NCBI GenBank assembly: GCA_951406725.2
Contig: OX597829.1
Location: 35,278,001 to 35,342,000, forward strand
Direction: 5' to 3'
From: Octopus vulgaris
Lineage: Eukaryota
Length of the DNA: 64,000 bases
Shown here: in pieces, positions 28,230-41,646 of the stretch
Layout: every line of letters starts with the position of its first letter
Position numbering within the stretch: position 1 is the first letter of the stretch
The notes under the pieces: model-generated
What the model was told of the DNA's origin: nothing
Databases searched by the model: none
What the model saw: the letters and a program-made list of their open reading frames with translations, nothing else
Made by a program: the position numbers and the translations under genes

Positions 28230-28882
28230 AGCTGGTCTTCAGAGAAGAACCAGCGCCCCCACCCCGGAAGGTGTTTCGGCCCTTAACTTTTTACATGACT
28301 TCTGAGTTCCTGTCTGTTGATACTTTTTTTTAACTAGTTGGATATCAGACTTGTGCATTTAGAGCCTTGTGTATTTAAAGCGCTTGAAGATTTCATCTAG
28401 TTAGAACTCCTTCTCCGTTGACTCAGCTTTCAAACTTATGCTTATCACGTTGCTTGCTATGGTAGCGTTTAAGCGTCAACGCTATCACAATGACTCATTC
28501 AGAGTTACTTCCCTCGGCATTAAAATACAGTAATTTACTATAAAACATTTTATCTGTCACAAATATTCCTACCAAATACAAATTTTAAAGTTCGGTTTTA
28601 AGCATTTTGCGGAGGAATGAAGAGAGACTTCAGAACCGGAAGAGTGCGGTGGGGACGGGAAGCGAGGGGAAATGACATCAAATCAAGAAGCGGGGCTCTT
28701 GAACTGCCTCTTTTGTCGCCAGGAAGTCGAGGGCAAGAGATACGTGGAAGAGATCTTTTAGGGAGAATAGTTTTCTGGCTAGAGGTTGGTGTAGTGTACA
28801 GGTGTGGGTACGATCATCGACTCCTGCTGATTTTTGTGAAGCGAAGCTGAATACTCCGTTCTGATTTCATCCTGAGGTAAGT
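28230..28882 (+). promoter_or_regulatory. Candidate promoter and non-coding first exon
   Basis: Non-repetitive, CpG-containing island with CCGGAAG (ETS-type) motifs at ~28264 and ~28636, TGACATCA, and a consensus donor GAG|GTAAGT at 28876/28877. Confidence 0.35.
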
Positions 28883-29989
28883 ATGTCCTTATTTTTTGCC
28901 TTCCTTCTGCACGTTTCTGCCTCAGTACACTCAAGACATTCTTGGTAATAGTAATACCAGTAATTAATTAGTGTGTTCAAATTCTATTGAGGCCAATTTT
29001 ACCATCCATCCATCCCTGCAAGGTGATAAAATAATGTTCCACAAAATATTCACTGGTCGATGCATACTTTTCTCAAAATTCATTTCATGTGGTTGATGTC
29101 CTGGTCTACTACAGATGACGCTGTTGTGGTACATTTAGCCTATAATGGTCAAAACCAATCTAAAACATGCTATATGCAGAGGTCGAAATGTCCTAATATT
29201 TATCGTAACACTTAAGAGGCATGCAAAAAGTCTGTCTTTTAAACATTTGAAATTGTTTTTCAACAATTACAATCTATTCATTAATAGAAGGTAATAAGAG
29301 ATACTAATGGGAAAGGGAGTAGCACTTGGTATACTTCGTATGTTTGTGATATAATATTCGAAAAAATAAGATAATAAGGCTTTAAAACAAAGATGAATAA
29401 AATTGATAATGAAGCAAACATTTATACATACAAAGTCGTTAACTGACACTAAAAAATGCAAATATGTGTGAAATAATAAAAAGTACCAACAACAATAAAA
29501 ACTCGTATGATTTTAAGGAAAGAATTTGCAACTCTGTGCTTGTATTACAAACCAAGTAAACCCTAGGACATTAATCTAGTCGCAAAAGAGTGGTAGCAAT
29601 GTATTACAAAGACATGTGGCTTTCCTGCCCTGGAAATTCATCAAAACCTGCTTAGAAGACAGTGCCTCTCATTCACGAAAGCTGAAAGTGGGTTGCCATA
29701 TACTTTCAAAGAAACAAGTAAATATAGCCCCAGAGAATATATGCAGAATGTGTCTTTAATTGCAAAACGTAGGATGATTGAAGTGTACACTTGGTTTTCA
29801 AAAGTGAACACCAGGCAAGAAAACAAGCTGACTTTGTACATCAGATACCCGATCATATACTGGTATTGCAATGCGTGGAACGCTGTAATACGAAAGTCAT
29901 AATCTTTAAACCAGTGTACGAGCTTAAACGCTCCAGAAACCGTGTTAAACCCCGGGTTAACGAACTTGAAAACTCGAAGCAGAGTTTCA

Positions 29990-30077
<88 letters not shown>

Positions 30078-30327
30078 GGTTACAATATCACTCAATATTT
30101 ATCTCAATGAAAAGTGATGGAACTATTTAAAACGATGTATCGTAAACTCCACTCTTCGATATTTGTTACTATTCATACTCTATGGATATTTTGCAGATTT
30201 TCACATAATCGGTGTGGTGGCGTGTAATAGCTTCTCACTTTTTCATTTTCAGATGGCCAATATCTGTAGATGTGCCGAAATGCATTATGTGGTAAACACG
30301 AGGATCATATATCCCAACACACTCCTT

Positions 30328-30530
30328 GCTCACTCACTCACTCACTCACTCACTCACTGACTTGCTCACTGACTCGCTCACTCGCTCACTCGCTCACTCG
30401 CTCGCCCACTCACTCATTCACTCACTCACTCACTCACACACTCACTCACTCACTCACTCACTCGCTCGCTCACTCACTCGCTCGCTCACTCACTCACTCA
30501 CTCACTCACTCACTCACTCACTCACGCACA
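30328..30530. repeat. (CACT/CGCT)n microsatellite
   Basis: Directly visible. Confidence 0.95.
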
Positions 30531-31329
30531 CTCTCTCTCGATACACGTACACACACATTTGTATGTATGTATCTTGGTACAGGATCACTAATTTTGAAGG
30601 AGGTTATAATCAATTTGATTGAGTGGTACAATGTCTGACTGCCACTTATTTCATCGGCCTCACAATCAGCAAAAGAAGTTGGCTCAGCAATGAATTTGAA
30701 CTCGCAACATACAATGTTATATCACAAGTAATTTTATGAAACCGCTCTACCGATTCTGCAATTGAATTCCCTCTTAGAAAGAATTTCATGATAAATAATT
30801 ATTCAGCACAAGGCCATACACTTGGGATTTGGAGTTTCAGATTGACGCCAGTACATAACTGCTATTATTTTATCTCTCAAGACAACTGAATAAAATCAAA
30901 ATACTAGCGTGTAGCAGCCTAACTGGTTATTATGGCGAGTAGAATAATAACCATAGCCCCTTTTCTATTGTTTATCTCTATCAACAATAATCATAAAAGA
31001 TTAGAAATATATCTATTTAGCATCACAGAGCAAAAGTTAAACTCCCCGGTAAGACAAGACCACGCTTTCAATACCTGCTTAGATCTATTTCGCTGTTAAT
31101 ACACACGGGAAAGACGCCACAGACTATAATTTCCCTTGTTTCATAAATATAGGGCCTCTGAGCCTTCTCAAAAAGAAATCAATATTTCAAAGTTCTCTAT
31201 TGTATAAAACGAAATGCTACTATTACTTCTGCTGCAGATTTTTTCATATAGTTGCCATTATAGATGCTGCTTCCGTTGTTGCTGCAGCGGCTGTTTCCCA
31301 TAACGTTGCTACTATGTTTGTTCCTCCTG

Positions 31330-31419
<90 letters not shown>

Positions 31420-31447
31420 TTGCCTGTCTGTCTATCTGCCTGCTTGC

Positions 31448-31486
<39 letters not shown>

Positions 31487-31580
31487 GCTAGCTATCTACC
31501 TACCTACCTACATACCTACCTACCTACCTACCTACATACCTACCTACATACCTACCTACCTACCTACCTACCTACCTACC
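31330..31580. repeat. (ATCT)n-(GTCT)n-(ACCT)n compound microsatellite
   Basis: Directly visible. Confidence 0.95.
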
Positions 31581-31972
31581 TATGTACCTGTTTAGCTATC
31601 TGTCATACGTGCAGCTACAGGACATATACATACATACATACACACATATTCCACACATATATATATGTGTGGGTGTGTGTGTGTGTGTGTGTATGTGCAT
31701 ATATACATATGTGGATATATATGTGTATATACGCATATATACGCATACAAACACACACATATACATATAGGTACTTGCATACATTTGCAAACACAGATAC
31801 AGGCAAAGCTGTGTGATAAAAAGCTAACTTCTAGAAAATTTCTCACCAGTACTCAGAGATATTTTCTAATCAAGACCTTTCCTTTGAAATTAGGACATCA
31901 ACGCTGTGTATGTATGTATGTATGTATGTGTGTATGTATGTATGTATTTATGTATGTATGTATGTATGTATG

Positions 31973-32003
<31 letters not shown>

Positions 32004-32267
32004 TGTATGTATGTATGTATGTATGTATGCATGTATGAATGAATGCACGTATATATGTATGTGTGTGTATCTGTACGCAGGCATGTATCTATTTATGTGC
32101 ATATATATGCATGCATGTATGTATGGCATATATGTGTGTATGTACCTGTACCATACATACTGGATACCTATATTATGACTAAGATATCCACAGAAGTGTA
32201 TTAATTTCATTGTAGATGCACGACCTACGTAAGTTATAGAACCAATACCCCAATATTTATAAGTTTA

Positions 32268-32665
32268 TTAGCAGTATCGCCCGGCGTTGCTGGGGTTTGT
32301 AAGGGAAATAACTATATAAGCATTTTTAGAAATCTAAAGTATAATAGCCATCTCAATATAGTTAACCAAAAGGGGGGAGGGGTTACTGTAGCTTTTTACG
32401 TTCTGAGATTTAATAATAAATTTTTAGAGAGTTACTTCCCTTATATATGTAAAAAATGCATTAAAAATGGGAAAAATTGATGGTAATTTTTTTTTTAAAT
32501 CGTAGACTCATCGTAGACGCGCACTAATACCCAGAAGGGCTCGATATGAATTACGACTATAAGATACCGGGTTTTGGTTAAACTGCATCTCAAAATGTGG
32601 GAGTAGTTAGGAATCTAAATCGTAGGAGACAGACACTCACACAACTTCACTTTTATATATAAAGA
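32268..32665 (-). mobile_element. Non-autonomous Helitron (~400 bp)
   Basis: On the minus strand it begins A|TCTTTATATATAAAAG and ends with a GC-rich hairpin CCCAGCAACGCCGGG followed by CTAA|T (CTRR end, A|T target, no TSD). Confidence 0.8.
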
Positions 32666-32684
32666 TATATGTTTCTTCTTTTTT

Positions 32685-32856
32685 ATTCTTTTTACCTGTT
32701 TTAGACATTTGACTGCCGCCATGCTGGAGCGTCACCTTTAGTCTAAAAAGTCGACCCCAGGACTTAGGCTTGGTAAGACTAGTACTTATTCTATCGATCT
32801 ATTTCACCGAACCGCTAAATTGCGGGTACGTAAACACACCAACATCAAGCGATGGT

Positions 32857-32929
<73 letters not shown>

Positions 32930-33121
32930 GCACACACACACACACACATACACACACACGACGGGCTTCTTTCAGTTTCCGTCCACCAAATCCACTCACA
33001 AGGCTTTCGTCAGCTCCAGGCTATAGTAGGAGACACTTGTCCGAGGTGTCACGCAGTGGATCTGAACCCGGAACCATGTGATTGGGAAGCAAGCTTCTTA
33101 CCATACAGCCACTCCTTTGCC
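32685..33121 (-). mobile_element. SINE family A, full length, diverged, internal (TG)n
   Basis: Both halves align with family A. Confidence 0.88.
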
Positions 33122-33202
33122 TATGTGCATGAGTGTAAGTATATGCACGTGTGAATCGTTGGCGATGTTTTCCCTCCGTCTTCCTTTTCTATTGAACATT
33201 CC

Positions 33203-33238
33203 TCTTTCTGAAGAAGAGCTTTGCTCGAAACGTTAAAC
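33203..33238 (+). ncRNA. Minimal hammerhead-like motif (PLE-type), degenerate stem I
   Basis: CUGAAGA-A-GAGC(UUU)GCUC-GAAA-CGUU; palindromic stem III; stem I only 3 bp. Confidence 0.5.
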
Positions 33239-33532
33239 CATCTTTCTTTCCTTCCTTGAGTGTCTGCTAATACCTTACATGTACCACGTCCTCACATTAT
33301 TGTTCCTTTTTACGCTTGTGCTTCGTTTTTTTATTTACTATGCACACACAGACACACACGCGCACGCAGACACACAGACACACAGACACACGCACAGACA
33401 CACACACACACACACAAACACGCACAAAACTCTCGGACCTTGAGTCACTCTGTTGCTTCAGCTGAATATTTATAAAAATATACACATACTAATTTTAAAT
33501 TCTATTTTTCCTGTTTGCACCAACATACCTAT

Positions 33533-33603
<71 letters not shown>

Positions 33604-33647
33604 TACATTGAGTAGTTTGCATCTTCGTTAATCTTCAATGAGACAAT

Positions 33648-34040
33648 GGATGGAAGCACTCCGTCGGTTACGACGATGAGGGTTCCGGTTGATCCGAATC
33701 AACGGAACAGCCTGCTCGTGAAATTAACGTGTAAGTGGCTGAGCACTCCACAGACACGTGCACCCTTAACGTAGTTCTCGGGGATATTCAGCGTGACACA
33801 GAGAGTGACAAGGCCGGCCCCTTGAAATACAGGTACAATAGAAACAGGAAGTAAGAGTGAGAGAAAGTTGTGGTGAAAGAGTACAGCAGGGATCACCACC
33901 ATCCCCTGCCGGAGCCTCGTGGAGCTTTTTTAGGTGTTTTCGCTGAATAAACACTCACAACGCCCGGTCTGGGAATCGAAACCGCGATCCTATGACCGCG
34001 AGTCCGCTGCCCTAACCACTGGGCCATTGCGCCTCCACAT
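33648..34040 (-). mobile_element. SINE family B, full length, 9-bp TSD
   Basis: Near-identical to 8842-9229; TSD TGAGACAAT at 33639-33647 and 34041-34049. Confidence 0.92.
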
Positions 34041-34631
34041 TGAGACAATATGGCTGTATTTAAGAAGTTCGCTTCGCGACAATGCAGTTTCAAGTTTTAT
34101 CTAGCCGTGTAACAAACGAGTAGATGTCATTTAAAGGACACTGGGAGAAAACAATGCTTGGCAGATGGGTCCACTGCGAACTCCGCCCTATGCACATACA
34201 CACACACACATATGTATGTATATTGGTTTAAATCGATTCGATAAACTTTTGCGAACTTACGGAGATATATTTCAAGATTTAGAGAATTTAAGCATTTCAT
34301 AAATAGAAATCGATAAGGGTGTACTATATAAGGTACTGGGGTAGATATAATCGCATAAAGACTCTTGAAGAACTGTCACACCATGAACGCAATCTAATAA
34401 CTAAAACAGATTATGTTTGTGTGTGTGTGTGTGTGTACACATATACATAGAACGTATGTATGTTTGTACGTATCTCTCACTGTGTATATACATACATACG
34501 CACACACACACATACATTTATACATATATGTATATATATATATATGTATACACATGCAAATACACACACACATATATATAATTTATATATGCATATATAT
34601 ATGCATATATATATATATACATATATATATA

Positions 34632-34679
<48 letters not shown>

Positions 34680-35803
34680 CACATATACATATATACATAT
34701 ATACATATGTATGTATACACCACACACCATATTTAACAAATTTGATGTATTGTAGATGTAACAATATTGACATTTTGTAGTCTTTTAATTAGCTTTACCG
34801 TAAAAATAATTCTTGTGTCGTTAATAGATATTTATACAGTGCAGCGCGCTTTGTAGTAACTGTAATGCTACGAATAGCTCGGATTGCCTGATGGTCTTAT
34901 GTAGAAACATGCAATATTTATTCCGGTTCTGAGTTCTGTGAGTTCAAATTTGACCAATATCTACTTAGTTTTTCCTTATTTAAGGCTTCACAAAAAAAAA
35001 AAAAAAAAAAATAAAAAAAAAATTCCAGTTATCCCTTTTGTCTGTGTAAAACACATAATTTAAATGTCCAGGTTTTTCCTTTAGTGACACACTGATCTGG
35101 TTTGAGAATTGCATTAAGAGTACGTTCGTATGGGAAAGAAATCAAGAGTTTATACGCTTATTTCCCGACTAGGTAGATCAGTTGATCAAACAATTGTATG
35201 CTCACTGCCGAAACAACTAGGAATTCCACCAGTAATGTATTTTAAAAATGAAATATTGTAGCAGTGGGTTGGGTATTTTGGAGTAACGCATTTTGATAAT
35301 GTAATGTAGTGTTATAATGTTTTGTAGTAATGTAGTGCACTTCCGTATAAATTATAATACATGTATAACGTCTTAGTGGGTGTGCTGTAATATTGCATTC
35401 TGAAGTGACCTATCGGTGATGGAAAGGCATATAGGTGTGCTGGACTGTTGTGTATTGTAGTAATATATATACTAGAGTACTAATTTAGGAGACTGTTCAG
35501 ATGTGATGTATCATAGCAACGCAAATATGGGAAACAATAATCAAGAATAACAGGAAGAAAAATAAGAAAGCAAAGTAGCAGCAGCAGCAGCAACGATTTC
35601 AAGAGCCAAACGGGAATGTAGTGTGATTCGGTTTGGCTCTAAGTGTATAGGTGTAGATTATTGCATGGAATATTAACAGCAGTAACAGCGCTAGAAATGC
35701 CCCCGCCACCCCCCCCCCCGCCCTAACACCACTGTTGAAGTCACCACCGACGAAGCTACCACCACTACCACAATCACTAACATCCTCCTCCCCCTCCTCC
35801 TCT

Positions 35804-35834
<31 letters not shown>

Positions 35835-36658
35835 CAGCAACAATAGCGTCACCACTAGTGGCAATAATATCAGTTAATAGCAATGGATGTAGAATAGCCG
35901 AACCTAGCTAGCAGTGACAACAACAACAACAGCAGCAGCAGCAGCAGCAACAACAACAACAACAAATAATCCAAATAATAATTATGATGATGATGATGAT
36001 GATGATAACGATGATGATGATGATGATGATGACGATGATGATGATAGCAAAACAATAGCAATAAGACAATATGAATGTTTCATAGAAAAGTAGAAAGATA
36101 GAGATTAAAATAAATATAGAGAAAGTAAGAGGGAAAGAGATAGATAGATACAGAGAGAGAAAGAGAGAGAGAGAGAGAAAGAGAAAAAGATGGATAGATA
36201 GATAGATAGAGAAAAAGAGAGCGTGAGAGAGGTGGGGGTTGATGACTAGCAAACGTTGTCCCGCCATTTGATTCTCCCGAGAGAAGGTGAGCAATAGAAC
36301 ATCTTATGTTAGGTGTGTGCTAGTCGCCTCAATCATAGCAACGTGTCAATCCGCCACCCGTTGGGAAATCTGCCAACGTACGCTCGGTCCTGGACTGGTG
36401 CCAAAATATCGCCTCCTTGACAACGGTGGGACACAGTATGTGCAAGTCGTTGAAACATTCATATTTTTCTAGTTCCTTTTCTTTCAATTTCTGCTTTTTT
36501 TTTTTTTCGGTAATTGTCTTTTTGTTTTCTTTTAACTTTTAACGATTTTTAACATCTTTTTGTTTTTACTTTCTTTACTACTCGGGGTTTCCCTTCCCCA
36601 CTTTTGTACGTGGTTGTCGCCCCCCGCGCTCTCTCTTTCTCTTCATATATACATATAC

Positions 36659-36728
<70 letters not shown>

Positions 36729-36790
36729 ATATACATATATACATGTATATACATACATAATTTATGTATATATATATGTATATATGCATA

Positions 36791-36872
<82 letters not shown>

Positions 36873-37317
36873 TATGCATATATATATATATATATATTTG
36901 TATGTATGTGTGTGTGTGTGTGCGTGTATTTGTTACTGTGTATGTCGGTAAGTGTATCCGGCCTCCCCATGAATGGCTATACTTTTGCGCATGTGCGTCT
37001 TCACAATATAACTTCAACAGATCATTTTGCCTACAAAATAAAAACACGATGCAGTTGGGCATGCGTAATATTGTGTAATGTAAAACTTTGCTGATAAACT
37101 GAAGTTTTGGTCGTTATTTGTAGACAAAACTCCCTGTAGGAAGTTTATAATCTTCAAATAGCACTAAAATGATATAACCCCAATAAAATCAGTTTATCTA
37201 CACATTGGAAAATATGGGCAATTAAGATTGGAGTAAGTCTGGCCTTTAAAGCAACGGACATTTTCCGGTATTGTTAGACCTCTTCAGCGAAGGATAATCT
37301 ATTCTATTGGCAACTTA

Positions 37318-37390
<73 letters not shown>

Positions 37391-37619
37391 GAAGTTGAGG
37401 TTATAAGAGATAATGGTGTCATTGAGACCCAAATGTGTCAGGTAATGCTGAATAAGTGCTATAGACAGACCATAGTTAAGTTCCACATTCGGTAATATTG
37501 TGAATAAAGGGTTCAATGTTGGTTCTATGTCAGCGTGTGTGTATATGAATCTTTTGCGTAATGAGATAAAAAAAAAAAAACCAAGGCTGTATAGATATTA
37601 GAGCATTTATAGATAGAAG

Positions 37620-37683
37620 GTCTTACAGTTGTTTCTAGAATATTAATATTAATTAATAATAATAATATCCCTTCATCGGAGAC
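37620..37683 (-). ncRNA. Type I hammerhead-like motif, mirror copy
   Basis: Same motif on the minus strand in the left arm; longer AU-rich stem II loop; stem III CAACUG. Confidence 0.5.
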
Positions 37684-37766
37684 GGTGTGAGAGGAAAAAT
37701 TAAGTCATAGTTAACTAACTATGACTTACTACAAACTAACTATGACTTAATTTTTCCTCTCACACC

Positions 37767-37818
37767 GTCTCCGATGAAGGGATATTATTAATTAATATTC
37801 TAGAAACAGCTGTAAGAC
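37767..37818 (+). ncRNA. Type I hammerhead-like motif (U4C core variant)
   Basis: GUCU-CCGAUGA-A-GGGAUAUUA..UAAUAUUCU-A-GAAA-CAGCUG-UA^AGAC: 4-bp stem I, palindromic stem III, GUA cleavage triplet. Confidence 0.6.
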
Positions 37819-37883
37819 CTTCTATCTATAAATGCTCTGATATCTATACAGCCTTGGTTTTTTATCCTATTACCCAAAAAATT

Positions 37884-37970
<87 letters not shown>

Positions 37971-38419
37971 GTATGTGTGTATGTATGTATGTACGTATGT
38001 GTTTGTGTATATGGGTACGTGTAAATGTATGTGTGTAGGTCTAGTAGAACAAAGACGAGAAAAAGGACTCAATACATAAGTGTATATAAATATTTTCCAA
38101 TCAGGTGTAAATTGCATAACTTTACACTTGATTAATAATAGATTGACACCCACCCACCCACATGTATATACACACCTATGTATACACACACACACAAACA
38201 TATGTATATGGAATGCTGTGAGGCTCATTATGAATAGCAACAATATGGCTGAAAAATATTCCTCAAGGGAGCAAGCGCACGCTAAATACAAATACAGTAG
38301 CGTATCATACATGTAATGTAGTGAGAAGAAAAAATTACCAATTAAGTGAGGTGCCTTGAAATTAGCAGCTACTCCACTACCATCAAACACTACTAGAAAA
38401 CCCACCACGAAATCAGTTT

Positions 38420-38522
38420 GTTGTTGTTGTCACTGTTGCTATTGCTGCCGTTGTTGTTGTTGTCTTCTTCTTCTTCTTCTTCTTCTTCTTCTTCTTCTTC
38501 TTCTTCTTCTTCTTCTTCTACC

Positions 38523-38596
<74 letters not shown>

Positions 38597-38637
38597 CACC
38601 ACCACCACTACTCCTCCTCCTCCTCCTCCTCCTCCTC

Positions 38638-38689
<52 letters not shown>

Positions 38690-38700
38690 TACGACTACAT
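38420..38700. repeat. Compound (GTT)(CTT)(CCA)(CTA)n trinucleotide array
   Basis: Directly visible. Confidence 0.95.
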
Positions 38701-38904
38701 TATCGTTGTTCTGATTAGTAATGATGGACAGGGATAATGATGATAACGATGATGACGAAAATAAAAATGACGATGATTATGATTATGATAGTTTGTAATG
38801 TTGATGGTGGAGATGATGATGATATCTGAAATGGAATGTGGTTCCAATATGAGTAAGTGTAATATCACTGGTATTATTGGTATTGTATATATACACACAT
38901 TGCC

Positions 38905-39310
38905 GTGGCTGTGTGGTAAGAGCTTGCTTCCCAGCCACATAGTCCCACTTTGGGGCACTTTGAGCAAGTATCTTCCACTAAAATCTCGGGCCGACCAAAG
39001 CCTTGTGAGTGGATTTGTTAGATTTATATGTACATGTGTGTGTGTGTGTGTGTTCGTGCGTGTTTATATGTGTGTGCGTGTGCGTGTGTGTATCTATGTG
39101 TGTGTGTGTATTTGTGTCTGTGTTTCTCCCACTATCATTGCTTAACGATTTATGTGGGTGTGTTTACGTCCCCGGTTAGGCAAAAGAGACTGATAGAGTA
39201 AGTAATTGAAAAAATAAGTCCCAGTGTTGATTTGTTCGACTAAAATCCTTCAATGCAGTGCTCCGGCATGGGCGCAGTCAAATGGCTGAAACAATTAAGA
39301 AAATAAAAGA
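38905..39310 (+). mobile_element. SINE family A, old diverged copy
   Basis: GTGGCTGTGTGGTAAG..GGGCCGACCAAAGCCTTGTGAGTGGATTTG..(TG)n..GGCAAAAGAGAC..GCAGTCAAATGGCTGAAAC. Confidence 0.8.
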
Positions 39311-39427
39311 AAGAATAAAAGAATATATGTATGAATTAAAGCAGTTTGATTCAAATTCATTGGTACTCCGGGAGTTTCAAGTGTGATGCTAATCTTCAGC
39401 CATACTGAATTAGAATATATATATACG

Positions 39428-39465
39428 TCTTTAACGTTTCGAGCCTACGCTCTTCCACAGAAAGA
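39428..39465 (-). ncRNA. Minimal hammerhead-like motif with non-canonical core CUGUGGA
   Basis: UCUUU-CUGUGGA-A-GAGC(GUAG)GCUC-GAAA-CGU-U-AAAGA: perfect 5-bp stem I; same architecture as the 33203 motif. Confidence 0.5.
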
Positions 39466-40706
39466 AACACAGAAAGAAACAAAGTGAGAAAATAAAGAAT
39501 GTGTAGTTTCTAGCGATCTATCATGGCGAATGCCGGACAGAATGGTCACACAAGAGAGCTAGGAAGAAGTGGAGGTAATAAAGTAATGGTGATCCCAAAA
39601 CGAAGGTGCGCGTTATACAGGTATCAGATTCGAGGACAACTGTGAAGCCTCCTCTCTGTCAGCTCATCCTTCTAGATCCTCGTCAACCAATATTGGGAAG
39701 CAAAGAAAACTCTATGAATCTGCGAAATATATCTCCTACACAGTTTTAAAATCGTTCTAGATTAGAAATAAAACACTCCCTGAAACACTATCCAGCCACT
39801 TTAAAATAGATACCACATAAGTCAAGAAGGAATCCTGATTACTGAGGAGGTTAGATTTCGTTCAATAAATTTTCTAGCAATTTGCTAATAGGAATAATCT
39901 ATAAGAAACAGTAGAAAATATCCTATATTATATCTCGAACTTTTTTAATTTAGTGGCCAAATATCATTCATCAAATCTAAAAAAAAAAAAAAGTAAAAAA
40001 AGCAGAACCCAAAATACAAAAAAAGAAAGAAAGAAAAGAACCCGAAACAAAAACAAATAAGAAACTGGGGGGAAGGGGAGTCAAAACATTTATTTATGTT
40101 CAAAATATTACAAAAGCATGACCCGAAAACATGGCGGTTGTGCGTACGAGTAGAATGTCGACTTAATATTCTATTGGATCACCTACTTCTGTTTGATCAA
40201 TCAACCAAAGAAGATCTCAATATTAAAAGCAACAAAAACAATAACAACAACAACTTTGAAATGGCGTTAATGGTCTTGGTTATGGTCTACTGATTAGATG
40301 ACTAGACACTGATTTAAAATAGTTTAGTTTATGAAAGTAGATTAAAGGTATTATAACGGTAAGTATCAAACAGCCAGGAAACCTTTGTTTCGCTGTATTT
40401 CTTATGTTTGAATTACTTTATCATTTAAGGAACATATTTCGCGGAAGCAAGTGTTTTCATTACTTACCTTCAAAAAGCACCATTCACTGACGTAATTTAT
40501 ACAAATTAGACAAACCGTACGTCAAACACACACACACATTTAAACACATATACACACATACATAAATACATACACACACATAAACACACACATATATATA
40601 TATATATACACATACATAAACATACATATAAGATGATTCAACACCAACATCAGCAACGACAATCATCATTGTTCTTGCTAGTGGTGATAATTGTGTCTGT
40701 TGCAAC

Positions 40707-40782
<76 letters not shown>

Positions 40783-40977
40783 TAGTTGAATGAATTATCC
40801 TAGTATGGATAGTTCGGTTAACCGATACCCGGGTAGCAAATTCACGTCAGAGAAACACGGTTGAAGCTACATGCCAAGGGCAGAGATCACGTGCTTTCGT
40901 GTGGAAATTTATGTGTTTTTTTAATACAAATAAATGAAAGAATGGAGTTGAACGACGTTTTAACAAAATTCCTTTAT

Positions 40978-41058
40978 TCTCGACATATGTTTCGAAGACT
41001 GCATATTCCTAATTTCGAAGGAATAAGGGGTGCATTATGCCGCCTTCTCATCAGGAAA
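40978..41058 (-). ncRNA. Type I hammerhead ribozyme in the 3' terminal repeat of the PLE
   Basis: UUUC-CUGAUGA-GAAGGCGGCAUA..UAUGCAGUCUUC-GAAA-CAUAUG-UC^GAGA: intact core, long stem II, palindromic stem III, GUC site. Confidence 0.85.
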
Positions 41059-41466
41059 GCCAAGGAACTTATGTCAGCATCATGAAGAACAAAAACTTTT
41101 AGATGACTGCCCACACGGAGTCCATAGCGATAATGAGTGTTTCTTTAAAATGTTCCGTTATAAGCAGTGACGTCAAAAATGGTTGAATGTAGAAGATTCT
41201 AGAAAGTTCAAGAGTTCAAACAAGGTTGGAAGGGGAGAGATCTAAGAATAGGAAGGTGACAGGGTGCAAGTCATATGAATGGTGATGTGCTGTTATTTGC
41301 TTTTGCTAATGAGATTGAGTGCCTATGTGTGTGTATGTATATAACTGCATTCGTGTCTATGTGTGTGTATGTGTGTGCGTGATTGTGTGTGTGGTTGGGT
41401 AGATGCCAAAAATAACTAGTGGTGAAGTGACAGGTTTGTGTCTGTGTGTTTGATTGTGCTTACGAT

Positions 41467-41504
<38 letters not shown>

Positions 41505-41646
41505 GAGGGAGAGGTAGAGAGACAAAGGTAAAACATACCCCAACGAATTTGGTAGTAGTCCTTCATGAGTATAAAAATTTGTCTATGGTGGTGTTGTATA
41601 AGTGGAACCAAATTATTAAATTCAAGGAGGTTATCTATATTAATCA

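Larger units (their letters stand above)
37565..37867. repeat. ~300-bp palindrome (arms ~37565-37715 and ~37737-37867)
   Basis: AAAACCAAGGCTGTATAGATAT...TTAAGTCATAGTTA / TAACTATGACTTAA...ATATCTATACAGCCTTGGTTTT; short spacer containing a duplicated TAACTATGACTTA. Confidence 0.95.
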
